Virus record (IMG/VR): IMGVR_UViG_3300028797_000120
Span: 62,001-120,241 of that record
DNA length: 58,241 nucleotides
Direction: 5' to 3' (one strand)
Origin: an uncultured virus (IMG/VR IMGVR_UViG_3300028797_000120)
Taxonomy: Duplodnaviria > Heunggongvirae > Uroviricota > Caudoviricetes
Numbering within the stretch: position 1 is the first letter of the stretch; the number at the start of each line of letters is the position of its first letter. This document shows positions 49,738 to 58,241 of the stretch, in pieces. Position numbers and translations under genes: made by a program. Below the pieces are notes generated by a model that was not told the origin of the DNA, ran no database searches, and worked only from the letters and a program-made list of their open reading frames with translations.

Positions 49738-50730
49738 CTACGCCTTTTCTGGGGCGAAATCGGCAATGGGGATTCGGAAAAGGAGGGTCCTGCGGTCGCT
49801 CACGCAGAAGGGTAGGACAGCCTTTCCGTCCTCAACTGACATGCCGCAGATGAAGTTGACAGGGGTCTCGGGCCCCATGACGGTGAACTCTCGGCTGTAC
49901 GACGCAGACTTCATACGCTTGTCCATAAAGACGAGGGCGTTGACGTATCGCCCTTCCCGAGTCTTCCTGTGGGCCACGCACACATATCCTTCCCCGTACG
50001 GGCCGTCGCACGGGACGATCTGTGAGGATCCGCGCATCTGGCGCATTCCTTCGCATAGGAACAGCCTTTTTTCAGGCATCGAGAGGGTTGCCGCCCGGTA
50101 TCCGTTCACGACCATGTCGGTTACGTACATGATGTCTCCCGTATCCAGGTCAGATCCGACAACAGGCATGTAGTTTTTTTCCCTCTGGGTCGGAAAAACG
50201 GTCATTTTCCCGTCCGTCACGAGCCTGCACCTGCCTGAAAGGGGCCCTCCGGAGATGGCGATTCGCATGGCGCACATCACATGGCTCCGGTTTCCGGCCG
50301 AAACGTCCGTAGCGCTCGCGAAGATGACGCCGTCCGCGCCGCCAGCGAGCCTGATATCCTCAAGATAGGCCAATTTTGGGATTTCGGCGTCGATTTTGGC
50401 CACAGGACGGAAATCTTTGTCCGTTACGATGAAAAAATAGGCTCTTTTTTCGAGAAAACCGCCTAACCAGCCCGGGGTTTCCCCCTTTTTCAGCCCGTAT
50501 GGGAGCCTGTAGTTGAACTGGCGCACGGAGACGAGCCTGAACCCGTCCCATCCAGGAACGGAAGGCGAGCAGAACGACATGTTCCCAAGCGGGACAGACG
50601 GGTCAATTCCGAGAAAGCCGTGGTAGTCGAGCTCATCGAACGGATACAGGTCGCAGACGTCATCCATGCCAAACGCCCTCCTCACCCTCCTTCTGACGTC
50701 CTCCATCCGGATACGCATCACGGACTCCAT
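49738..50730 (-). CDS. Predicted beta-propeller glycosidase-like protein (GH43/GH130-like)
   Basis: LEDIRL, REKNYMP, RGSSQ and FICGM motifs. Confidence 0.55.
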   Translation of the reverse strand: MESVMRIRMEDVRRRVRRAFGMDDVCDLYPFDELDYHGFLGIDPSVPLGNMSFCSPSVPGWDGFRLVSVRQFNYRLPYGLKKGETPGWLGGFLEKRAYFFIVTDKDFRPVAKIDAEIPKLAYLEDIRLAGGADGVIFASATDVSAGNRSHVMCAMRIAISGGPLSGRCRLVTDGKMTVFPTQREKNYMPVVGSDLDTGDIMYVTDMVVNGYRAATLSMPEKRLFLCEGMRQMRGSSQIVPCDGPYGEGYVCVAHRKTREGRYVNALVFMDKRMKSASYSREFTVMGPETPVNFICGMSVEDGKAVLPFCVSDRRTLLFRIPIADFAPEKA

Positions 50731-50747
50731 TCACGGCATACGCTGAA

Positions 50748-51389
50748 TCAGGGGGATCTGGACTTCAGACGCATCGTGAAGCATCCGTAGAGAGGCGTGA
50801 TGTCGCTCACGTTGCCAAGGATGTCCCTTGTGGGCGAGATGTGCCCGTACGCTCCGCATCCGCACCCGATCTGGCCAGTCACGCTCCCCCTGATGACGTT
50901 GTCTGACGGCCCTGTTCCAGACATGACGATGACCAGCGTGTTGTCCGGCTCGTCATCGCCGATGTTGTAGGAGGGGTCAAGATCTAGGTTGATCCGCATG
51001 CATGGCCGCTTGAACACGCCGGTCTTGTTGTCGCCAATGTAACGCCACATGATGTCCGTTCCGACCGCGCAGTCCGCGTAGGAAACCTTCTTACCGGACA
51101 CCTTGTGGGTGTTGTTCGTGAATCCCCATGACCACACGGACGGCTCTCCGGGCGCTCCTGAGCAGTCTCCCGTCACGTCAGACTTATCGACGGACATGTA
51201 GCCGGTGATTTTCTGCCACTGAGGCTTCCTGTACCCGAGAGACTCCATGTTGTTGTAGACCCTTGGCACAAAAAGGCGTATCGTGACCTTGTAGATGAGC
51301 GTTTCAGCCATCGAAACGCACGTGCATGCTAAAAAAATGCACGCGATGAGCGGAAACCGATTGAAAAAGGCCTTTTTCACCATTTTCAC
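50748..51389 (-). CDS. Hypothetical protein with signal-peptide-like N-terminus
   Basis: Basic then hydrophobic N-terminus ending SMA; Cys-containing beta-rich body. Confidence 0.65.
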   Translation of the reverse strand: MKMVKKAFFNRFPLIACIFLACTCVSMAETLIYKVTIRLFVPRVYNNMESLGYRKPQWQKITGYMSVDKSDVTGDCSGAPGEPSVWSWGFTNNTHKVSGKKVSYADCAVGTDIMWRYIGDNKTGVFKRPCMRINLDLDPSYNIGDDEPDNTLVIVMSGTGPSDNVIRGSVTGQIGCGCGAYGHISPTRDILGNVSDITPLYGCFTMRLKSRSP

Positions 51390-51589
51390 CCCCCATTAGC
51401 CTGAATTATGTCCGAGATTCTTCTGTACGCGTCGCCATGCGCATTCATGGCCCTTAGATTCTTTACGCATCGAAAGATTCCTCCGCACGCCCTGTGCGTT
51501 GCTGTGCGTTGCTGTGCGTTGCTGGTTGGTTTTTATGTTCGCTTCTTGTGGGTTGGCTGTGAGGGCGTGCGGAGGAAATCGGGGTGCCG

Positions 51590-51928
51590 TCAGTCCTTCA
51601 TCCACTCGTCGATGGCAGCCTTGACGTCAGCGATCGCCTTCTCGATCTCGTCCTTCGTAACCTGGTTGTCGGCGAACACGCCGCAGAGCGTCTCGACCGC
51701 GGACAGGAGCTTTTCGTAGTGGACAGTCCATATGGACGGGCAGAAACTCTGGTATTTGCGCAGGTAGCCGAGAATGGTCTCGACGTACTCCCTGGCCTTT
51801 GCGACCCTGTCAGCGACCTTTTCCTTGGAGAGGTAGTCGTTCAGGAGCTTCAGCGCGTAGTCGGTTGCTGACTCGAACCCTCCGAATAGGAACTTAATTC
51901 CGATCGTCAGTTTCTTCCAAAAAGACAT
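51590..51928 (-). CDS. Hypothetical helical protein
   Basis: TGGTATAAT promoter at 51958-51966 and AAGGA SD. Confidence 0.7.
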   Translation of the reverse strand: MSFWKKLTIGIKFLFGGFESATDYALKLLNDYLSKEKVADRVAKAREYVETILGYLRKYQSFCPSIWTVHYEKLLSAVETLCGVFADNQVTKDEIEKAIADVKAAIDEWMKD

Positions 51929-51975
51929 GGCTCTTTCCTTTCTTTTGAATCTAACGCATTATACCAAATTGAAAT

Positions 51976-53781
51976 CTAAAACGCCTCCTCATCCTCACCA
52001 TCGCCGTACGCCCTTCTCGGCAAATCTCCTCCGGACGACAGTTCGGACAGCCTAGCTATCGCCCTTGACCCCCTGAGCTTCTCCATGGCCTCCAGCTCGA
52101 TCTTCCTGATGTGCTCCCTGGTGACGTTGAACACCCGCCCGATCTCCTCCAGCGTCCTGGCCGATCCGTCGGAGAGACCGAACCTGAGGTCGATGACGAT
52201 CCGCTCACGCTCTGTGAGGCAGGACATCGCCTCCCTGATGCCGTCCATCACCATGTGCCTGCCAGCCTCCTCTGCTGGGTCCTCGGCCGTCTCGTCACCC
52301 ATCAGGTCGCCGAGCGTCGTGTCGCCGCTCTCGTCCACGCTAGAGTCCAGCGAGACCGAGTGCTGGCGCATCCGCCTGAGGGACTCGATCCTGTCCGGCG
52401 TCACGCCCATCTCGTCGGCTATCTCACCGACGCCCGGCTCGCGCCCAAGAGCGTTCGTGAGGGCCTTCTCGGCAGCCCCCATCTTGTTTAGAAGGTCCAC
52501 CATGTGGGATGGCAGGCGGACCGTCCTGGAGTTGTTTGTGAGCGACCTGGAGATAGCCTGGCGTATCCACCATGTGGCGAATGTAGAGAATTTGTGCCCC
52601 CTGGACAGGTCGAACTTCCTCACCGCCGTCATCAGGCCCATGCTCCCGTCCTGAAGCAGGTCGGACATCTCGATTCCGCGGTTGGCGTATTTCTTCGCGA
52701 CATGGACGACTAGGCGAAGGTTGGCCTCCGTGATGCGCGTCCTTGCGGACTGCACCACACCGAGTATGCTGATGACCTCGCCGAAACTGTCCATGAACTC
52801 GCCGGGCGGCATGCCGAACATCGGCTCCATGTCCATCGCCCTCGCCTCCGCGTCCGCGTCCCCTGCGTCAGCCCTCCTCCTGAGGTCCATGTACACCGAG
52901 TAGACGCTCTCTTTCGCGCTGTCGCAGAACGACTCGACCACTGACTGCCTGAAGTGGAGGGCCTTCAGGCGCCTCCTCATCTCGTCCCTGTAGGCCTGCA
53001 GGAGTCCGTCGGCCTTAACGGACTCCCCAGGGCTCCTGACGGAGTACCTAAGCATGCTGGCACCGGCCACCATGTCGGCCGCCTCCGCTATGCACCGCTT
53101 GAATCCTGGTATGGCCTGCTTGTAGGCGGAGCACCTCATGCCTGACGACTCGGACACGACGCTGTCGAAGTGAGTCTCACCGGACAGGAGGCGGTCCAGC
53201 TCCCTGACGTACATGTCCGGGGCGAACAGGTACCTGCTGAAAAGCTCACCGACCCTGTCGAGCGACGCTTCGATGACCCTGAACCATGAGACCTCCTCCT
53301 CCCTGCTCAGCAGACGCGTGTCCGAGGCCTGGTGCAGATACATCCCGACGGTGTTTGACGCCCCAGGCGAGTCTCCATCCACCTCATACCCCTCATCCCC
53401 ATCATCACCATCGTCCTCGTCATCCTCTTCATCCTCGTCATCACCGTCCCCTATGTCCTCTATGTCTTCCCCGTCTTCTCCGTCTTCGCAGTCTTCCCCG
53501 TCTTCGCAGTTAGCTCCGAAATCACCCTTACCCCGTAACGCGTATCCGCCATCTTCGTCATTCTCATCGCACACGCCACCCGTCTCATCCACTCCTAATT
53601 CGATTCCCCATCGGACGCCTGCCACGCCGTCATCTGGACATACGGACATGGAGAATCCGGCGTCCATAAGGTCCGCTCCAGGCCCGCCAGCCGTTCCTGG
53701 CCATACGTTGGTTCTTGGATTTCCGGCGATTCCTGAGCTTCTGGCGCTTCTACGGGCTCTCTGTGTTTTCTGGGCTACCAT
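51976..53781 (-). CDS. RpoD-like (group 1/2) sigma70 factor, phage-encoded
   Basis: Region 1.2 MYLHQ..LLSREEE, NCR, region 2 ANLRLVV..AKKY...FSTFATWWIRQAI, region 3, region 4 RTLEEIG; acidic N-terminal region; start 53781 after GGAGG. Confidence 0.93.
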   Translation of the reverse strand: MVAQKTQRARRSARSSGIAGNPRTNVWPGTAGGPGADLMDAGFSMSVCPDDGVAGVRWGIELGVDETGGVCDENDEDGGYALRGKGDFGANCEDGEDCEDGEDGEDIEDIGDGDDEDEEDDEDDGDDGDEGYEVDGDSPGASNTVGMYLHQASDTRLLSREEEVSWFRVIEASLDRVGELFSRYLFAPDMYVRELDRLLSGETHFDSVVSESSGMRCSAYKQAIPGFKRCIAEAADMVAGASMLRYSVRSPGESVKADGLLQAYRDEMRRRLKALHFRQSVVESFCDSAKESVYSVYMDLRRRADAGDADAEARAMDMEPMFGMPPGEFMDSFGEVISILGVVQSARTRITEANLRLVVHVAKKYANRGIEMSDLLQDGSMGLMTAVRKFDLSRGHKFSTFATWWIRQAISRSLTNNSRTVRLPSHMVDLLNKMGAAEKALTNALGREPGVGEIADEMGVTPDRIESLRRMRQHSVSLDSSVDESGDTTLGDLMGDETAEDPAEEAGRHMVMDGIREAMSCLTERERIVIDLRFGLSDGSARTLEEIGRVFNVTREHIRKIELEAMEKLRGSRAIARLSELSSGGDLPRRAYGDGEDEEAF

Positions 53782-53810
53782 GGCAGTGTCCTCCGTCAAT
53801 ATATTGTGAA

Positions 53811-53839
53811 GAATGCCACAACATCGCTCCCATGTCAAG
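53811..53839 (-). promoter_or_regulatory. Sigma70-type promoter for the sigma gene
   Basis: TTGACA, 17-nt spacer ending TGG, then CATTCT. Confidence 0.55.
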
Positions 53840-53859
53840 AGCCTATGTTGAATTTTCCG

Positions 53860-55608
53860 CTACGGACAGACGGGCCTGTAGACTGCGCGGGACACCGTCC
53901 ACAGCCGCTTCAGACGGATGACGCCATTCGCGTCCGGATCAAGCGTCTCTCCAGCCAGACTGAACGTGAAGACGGTCACTGAATTTGGCTCGAGCGAGCT
54001 CCAGCCAAACGCGCCGCCGTCCCCTCCGGACAAGGCGAACGCGTTCCTGCCCGATTCGAAATCGACCGCCGAGCCGCCGGGCGTCTCCGGACCGCACATG
54101 ACCGACCACATGACCTCGAGCCCGTTTGAGAGGTCGGATTCATCCGTGTCCGGAAGCGGAAGGAAAATCGTATTCCCGGACGGGTCGGAACCCGAGCCTG
54201 AGACGGTCCCGTAGAGACGGACAGTCCGTCTCGGACGGGTCTCATCATACGGCGGCAGGATATCGAAGGATATCCTCGGGCACAGGCGGGTGCCGTCGCA
54301 GAAGCATCCGTCGTAGGGGGAGCTGACGCCTCCGAAGACCAGCCTCATGCTCACCTGAATCGTGTCCTTGTCGGCCAGGACGGACCCGACATCGTGCCTG
54401 CTATCAGAGAATGCGATGAAGTGCCTGTCACCGGGATTAGCGAACACAGCGCCTATCCCCCCGCCTGGGCTTGAGCCTCCGCTGTCCGGGAACAGGAACA
54501 CAGCCTCGTAGTCTGAGCGCTCGTCCGGCCACACGGATGCGTCGGATACGGCCACGACCGTGCCCTCCGCCATGGGAGACTCTGGTGAAGACCTGTCGAG
54601 CGCGCAGACGTGCGCGTAGAGCGTTTTCCCGAACGAGTTGCAGTGGTCCCACTGGGACGGGGCGAACGTCTCCGCGTTCAGGATGCGGACGGCTGTTACG
54701 GATGATCCTGCCCGTGCACCGACGTTCTCCGGTGTGAAGAAGACGCGGCCGACGTTCTGGCTTTCGCTGGATACAGGTATCATGATTGACGATACCGTCC
54801 TGGCCCTGTACAAGTCTGGAACACAGGGCCGACCGCCCTTTTGCGGAAGGGCGTTGGCTACCGCGGAGGAGAGGGCATCCGCCAGAGCGTCTATGATCGC
54901 CCCGACGGTGAACCTGTCCGTCCACCTTCCTGCCTTCATGTCTGGGTCGAACGACTTCCCGCTCGTGTGTGCCTCCGAGCACATGTAGGCTTTCCCCATC
55001 CTGACGCACAACATGCCCTCGCGGTACGCCGAGTCCGGTCGCCACGGGTCGCCTAGGTCCTCTAGCAGGGCAGCCGTCCCGGACCTGGACGGGTAGCGGA
55101 GCGTCGACGACTGTACGCCTTCCCCGTATGACGTGACGCCTGACGTGGAAACCAGCACGCGACTCTTCCCGCCGTCTAGGACGACGCACGGGTTCACCCC
55201 TTTCGCCGTGACGGACTGTGGGATCTTGGAAACCGAGTCCTCGACAGACTCCACCCGGCTCCTGACGGAAGACACGGTCTCCGACACGCCAGACACGGAC
55301 GACGACAGGTCGTCCGCCCTCATGGAGATGATCTCGGAGACGGTAGTCCTTCTGAAGACCGCGTCTGAGCCCTTTCCGCCTACGACGCAGCGCACGAGCT
55401 TCCCGTCTCGGAACACGGCGTCGCCCTTCGCGTACTCTGCCCCATCGCTGAACGCGGGGAACAGGACGTCACTCGTCAGACGCTCCCCGACCGCGCCCAT
55501 CACTTTGGAGACGGCCGAAGATAGGTCTTCCTTAGACGCCTTGCCTGCGATCGCCTCCCTCAGGGAACTGATCACTCTAACGAGCTTGTCATATACGGTC
55601 AGCGACAT
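53860..55608 (-). CDS. Tail/virion-associated protein with CBM5/12-like repeats
   Basis: Two repeats (FSDGAEYAKGDAVFRDGKLVRC; WRPDSAYREGMLCVRMGKAYMC..AHTS); lies downstream of the DGR target. Confidence 0.6.
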   Translation of the reverse strand: MSLTVYDKLVRVISSLREAIAGKASKEDLSSAVSKVMGAVGERLTSDVLFPAFSDGAEYAKGDAVFRDGKLVRCVVGGKGSDAVFRRTTVSEIISMRADDLSSSVSGVSETVSSVRSRVESVEDSVSKIPQSVTAKGVNPCVVLDGGKSRVLVSTSGVTSYGEGVQSSTLRYPSRSGTAALLEDLGDPWRPDSAYREGMLCVRMGKAYMCSEAHTSGKSFDPDMKAGRWTDRFTVGAIIDALADALSSAVANALPQKGGRPCVPDLYRARTVSSIMIPVSSESQNVGRVFFTPENVGARAGSSVTAVRILNAETFAPSQWDHCNSFGKTLYAHVCALDRSSPESPMAEGTVVAVSDASVWPDERSDYEAVFLFPDSGGSSPGGGIGAVFANPGDRHFIAFSDSRHDVGSVLADKDTIQVSMRLVFGGVSSPYDGCFCDGTRLCPRISFDILPPYDETRPRRTVRLYGTVSGSGSDPSGNTIFLPLPDTDESDLSNGLEVMWSVMCGPETPGGSAVDFESGRNAFALSGGDGGAFGWSSLEPNSVTVFTFSLAGETLDPDANGVIRLKRLWTVSRAVYRPVCP

Positions 55609-55630
55609 AGCTTATCACCCATTCCTACCG

Positions 55631-56056
55631 TCAGACGGACGCCGATTCCTGATCGGCAGCGGCAAGGACCGAATCCACAGCCTCGTCCCCGAACCGCTGT
55701 CTCGCCAGCTCGATACCCGACATGAACGTCTGGTCGTCCTCTCGGATCACCTGGGCCATGATGAAATCGTCATAGATGCCGGCCTGCCTCATCGCCGAAG
55801 CCACGTCCGGCCACAGTTTGCCGCACGCCCGCCTGATGGAGAGTGGCGTCCACGAGCGCACGACCCTGACCTCTTGCTCGGTGTAGACGCATACGCACTT
55901 GCCGTCCCTGTTCACCCACCTGTCGATGACGACCTCGACGCCGTCGCGGCTCGGATAGGGCACGATGTCCTCGATCGGATAGAAACCCTCCGCCGCGCTG
56001 TCCGGCGCGTACTGCACGCGCCCGTCCTCCGTAGCCCTTCCCCTTCGGAAATCCAT
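55631..56056 (-). CDS. Hypothetical protein, possibly tail-fibre associated
   Basis: Start MDFRRG at 56056 after AGGAG. Confidence 0.65.
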   Translation of the reverse strand: MDFRRGRATEDGRVQYAPDSAAEGFYPIEDIVPYPSRDGVEVVIDRWVNRDGKCVCVYTEQEVRVVRSWTPLSIRRACGKLWPDVASAMRQAGIYDDFIMAQVIREDDQTFMSGIELARQRFGDEAVDSVLAAADQESASV

Positions 56057-56076
56057 ACGGACTCTCCTTCCTATTC

Positions 56077-56406
56077 CTATGTCAAACAATATCCCTTGCC
56101 GACCATTTTTACGGTCGCCTCGCACGGATACGCCATCCTCGGGTTGTCGATCTGCGAGATGATCGTTTTCGATGAGGTGAACACGACCCTGAGCCGCCTT
56201 TCCGGGTCATCCGCGAAGTAGAACTGGATCATCTTGTACGGACCCCTCACGCCGTCGACATTGGCGTGGTTCGATATCCTGGCCTCCGTCCTCGTGATGA
56301 CGATGCGCCTGTTCAGGATCTCCGGCATCTTCGCCTTCTCCCCCTCCATGATGCCCGGGATGTCCAACGCCGAGAATTTCCTTATGACGCCGTCTGAGCT
56401 CACCAT
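56077..56406 (-). CDS. Small ORF overlapping the DGR RT, candidate accessory protein
   Basis: KFSALDI..EGEK...ILNRRIVI...VVFTSS..IISQI...YPCEATV; overlaps the RT 3' end by 200 nt. Confidence 0.7.
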   Translation of the reverse strand: MVSSDGVIRKFSALDIPGIMEGEKAKMPEILNRRIVITRTEARISNHANVDGVRGPYKMIQFYFADDPERRLRVVFTSSKTIISQIDNPRMAYPCEATVKMVGKGYCLT

Positions 56407-57424
56407 AGAGATCGTCGATCCCTTCGCTTTTTCTGAAGTTGTATGTCTGCGCCCACCTGCACACTCCGACGGCGCTTGAAGCCGACCCCATCATGCTGAG
56501 GATCCTGTTCGGGCCAAGTTGGATCCCGTCAGCGTCGGAACGCTCGACGACCCTACGTATCCCGCGCATCCTACGGGCGATCCGCCTTGCCGTCGACCTC
56601 CTGAGCAGGAGCTTCCGCGGGAACGACCGGTATCCGCAGAAGTCGAGCCCGTCCCTCGTCCTGGCGATTTCGCGCTTCGAGAACGAGAGCCGCATCTCCC
56701 CCTCCACGAAATCCGCGATGCCGTCGGAGACGGCGCGCATCTCGTCCCTGCACCCGAAGGCGATGAAGTCGTCGCAGTACCGGACGTACTTTTTGACGCG
56801 CATGCGCTCCTTGACGTGGTGGTCCAGGAGGTCCATGTAGATGTTCCCGAACCACTGGCTCGTCAGATTTCCGATCGGGCACCCGACCCCCGTGTCCGTC
56901 TCGAACGAGTCGATCCAGTCGAACAGGATCCTCAGCGCGTCAGCGTCCTTCAGCCCTCGCTGGATCGCCTCCTTCAGGACGTTGTGGTCGATGCTGTGGT
57001 AGAACCCGCGGATGTCGCACTTCAGGTAGTGCGAGGAGTTCCGTACGAACACGGAAGCCCTATGCACCGCCCTGTGCGTTCCCTTCCCGACGCGGCAGGC
57101 GTAGGAGTCCGAGATGAATCGCGGCTCCCAGACGAGCGGTCCGAGGACGTCCACGACCGCGTGCTGCACGATCCTGTCCGGATAGAACGGGAGGATGTGT
57201 ATCTCGCGGCGCTTCGGCTCTGTGATGACCCTCATCCTGTAGGGGGCTGGCCTGTACGCCCTGTCGAGGAGCATCTCCCTGATCCCGGCGATTGTCCCGT
57301 CCGGGTCGTCCATCCGCGCGGAGACGTCCTCGGTCCGTTTCGCCCCTCTGGCGGCGTTGAGGAGCGCCCTCCGGATGTTCTCCGGATCGCAGATCCTCTG
57401 ATAGACATTCCCCACGCGCTTCAC
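56207..57424 (-). CDS. DGR reverse transcriptase
   Basis: GTG start giving MKRVGNVY; EPKRREI, DRIVQHA, SYACRVGKGTH, CDIRGFY, DGR-type GCPIGNLTSQ, and YCDD. Confidence 0.95.
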   Translation of the reverse strand: MKRVGNVYQRICDPENIRRALLNAARGAKRTEDVSARMDDPDGTIAGIREMLLDRAYRPAPYRMRVITEPKRREIHILPFYPDRIVQHAVVDVLGPLVWEPRFISDSYACRVGKGTHRAVHRASVFVRNSSHYLKCDIRGFYHSIDHNVLKEAIQRGLKDADALRILFDWIDSFETDTGVGCPIGNLTSQWFGNIYMDLLDHHVKERMRVKKYVRYCDDFIAFGCRDEMRAVSDGIADFVEGEMRLSFSKREIARTRDGLDFCGYRSFPRKLLLRRSTARRIARRMRGIRRVVERSDADGIQLGPNRILSMMGSASSAVGVCRWAQTYNFRKSEGIDDLYGELRRRHKEILGVGHPGHHGGGEGEDAGDPEQAHRHHEDGGQDIEPRQCRRREGSVQDDPVLLRG

Positions 57425-57610
57425 TTGTCCAACATCCAATCTCACGGAGTCATGGCGTGAGCATAAAAACGCGGGCGGGCGTTCGGCCAGACGCCTACCA
57501 GACCGCCCGCGTCTCCGTCGTGTGTTTCGCCGCCGTGGAAACCGCCATGGCGACGGGGCTACGCGCTCAGCCGGAGTCAACTCGAAGGCGTTGCCTTAAC
57601 CAACCTCGGA

Positions 57611-57729
57611 TCGAACCGCGACCGCCGTTGTTCACGTTCACCGTGGAACGGGAATTGTTCGCGTTACGGTAGAGCGGACCGATCGCGACAAGCGAGGTCG
57701 TTGTCCAATTACCGCCAGCGTTAACGGCC
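57611..57729 (-). repeat. DGR template repeat (TR)
   Basis: 119 bp matching 57975-58093 except at 8 positions, all A in the TR sense strand; AAC/AAT-rich. Confidence 0.97.
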
Positions 57730-57771
57730 GTCACCAGCGCGGAGCCATCCGGCGTTTCCGCCGGCAAAGAC

Positions 57772-57780
57772 AGTATACCA
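57772..57780 (-). promoter_or_regulatory. Extended -10 promoter for the TR-RT RNA
   Basis: TGGTATACT about 43 nt upstream of the TR, followed by hairpin CCGGCG-GAAA-CGCCGG. Confidence 0.65.
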
Positions 57781-57936
57781 AATTTTCCTGACGTGTTGCC
57801 GAAACCCGTGGGAAGCCGGAAAATTTCGCCGCCCGGCCGGGCGGCCGGGCGGTTTCTTTCTCTTTTTCTTCTTCGTTTTGCGTCTCGCGTCTCACGTTCC
57901 GCTTTCAACGCGCCCGTTTCCGTCCCGCACGTACAT

Positions 57937-58241
57937 TCACGCGTCCGGGGGCTGTACACTGTGGAGACTCCGGCTCGAACCGCGACCGCCGCTGCTCACG
58001 CTCACCGTGGAACGGGAATAGTTCGCGTTACGGTAGAGCGGACCGATCGCGACAAGCGAGGCCGTAGGCCAATTACCGCCAGCGTAAACGGCCTTGTACT
58101 GCCCCATGTAGTAGTGGCTGCCGAAGGAGTTCATCGCGCCGTCGAAGCCCTTTGTGGACGTACTTTCTGTCGTGTTGTCCCATTTCGCGCCGCTGTAGGT
58201 GTACGGGGCCGCCTGCCTGAGCCACTGGTTCTGGAGACCGC
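57937..58241 (-). CDS. DGR target protein, C-terminal C-type-lectin-like domain (5' end outside the window)
   Basis: Frame open to the window edge: GLQNQWL...AGGNW...YRNAN.SRS...GGRG, typical of CLec-fold VR domains. Confidence 0.88.
   Translation of the reverse strand, partial: GLQNQWLRQAAPYTYSGAKWDNTTESTSTKGFDGAMNSFGSHYYMGQYKAVYAGGNWPTASLVAIGPLYRNANYSRSTVSVSSGGRGSSRSLHSVQPPDA
57975..58093 (-). repeat. DGR variable repeat (VR)
   Basis: At the 3' end of the target gene; changes relative to TR are N>Y, T>P, T>A, N>Y and N>S x3. Confidence 0.97.

Larger units (their letters stand above)
1..58241 (-). mobile_element. Segment of a large tailed phage/prophage genome
   Basis: Densely packed short minus-strand ORFs with overlapping stop/start codons; phage-type replication, recombination, methyltransferase, tail and DGR genes; no host housekeeping operons. 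Confidence 0.9.

Noticed and set aside
37088..51521. Short simple repeats (37088-37118, 47904-47931, 51493-51521)
   Set aside because: Two to four short copies with no supporting context; probably slippage.
53781..53838. Sigma factor start at 53838
   Set aside because: That ATG overlaps the -35 element; the GGAGG SD supports 53781.
56207..57580. RT as group II intron maturase or retron; 52-aa N-terminal extension
   Set aside because: The GNLTSQ motif and adenine-specific TR/VR pair identify a DGR; the extension is structured spacer RNA, and MKRVGN from GTG 57424 is the typical start.
57567..57959. 130-aa ORF across the TR
   Set aside because: Open because TR mirrors VR codons; it spans the promoter and hairpins and is not Avd-like.
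1..58241. Specific host assignment
   Set aside because: Some proteins reminded me of PVC-group (Kiritimatiellae-like) sequences, but this cannot be supported without a search.

Overview
This 58 kb window is a segment of a large GC-rich tailed phage or prophage, with essentially all genes on the minus strand. From right to left in transcription order: (1) the 3' end of a C-type-lectin-like target gene with a complete diversity-generating retroelement (DGR): a 119-bp VR/TR pair differing only at 8 adenines, a reverse transcriptase, and a small overlapping ORF instead of avd; (2) tail-associated genes, a full-length RpoD-like sigma factor, tRNA-Arg(CCU) and a ~400-nt highly structured candidate ncRNA; (3) small genes each preceded by the same structured repeat; (4) SbcC/SbcD, where SbcC carries an intein whose coding sequence also encodes a NUMOD4-HNH endonuclease in the +1 frame; (5) a group I intron carrying an intact tnpB but no tnpA (IStron-like), apparently inserted after codon 2 of a phage gene; (6) RecA-like and SSB-like genes, two DNA methyltransferases, and a replication initiator plus DnaC-like loader with palindromic iterons; (7) a long run of small hypothetical genes including a shuffled RNCD-motif paralog array. 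The most notable candidates are the tnpB-loaded intron, the dual-coding intein/HNH, a 10-nt DGR spacer segment complementary to the VR 3' flank, and the large structured RNA. All calls come from reading motifs by eye; no searches or folding programs were run.
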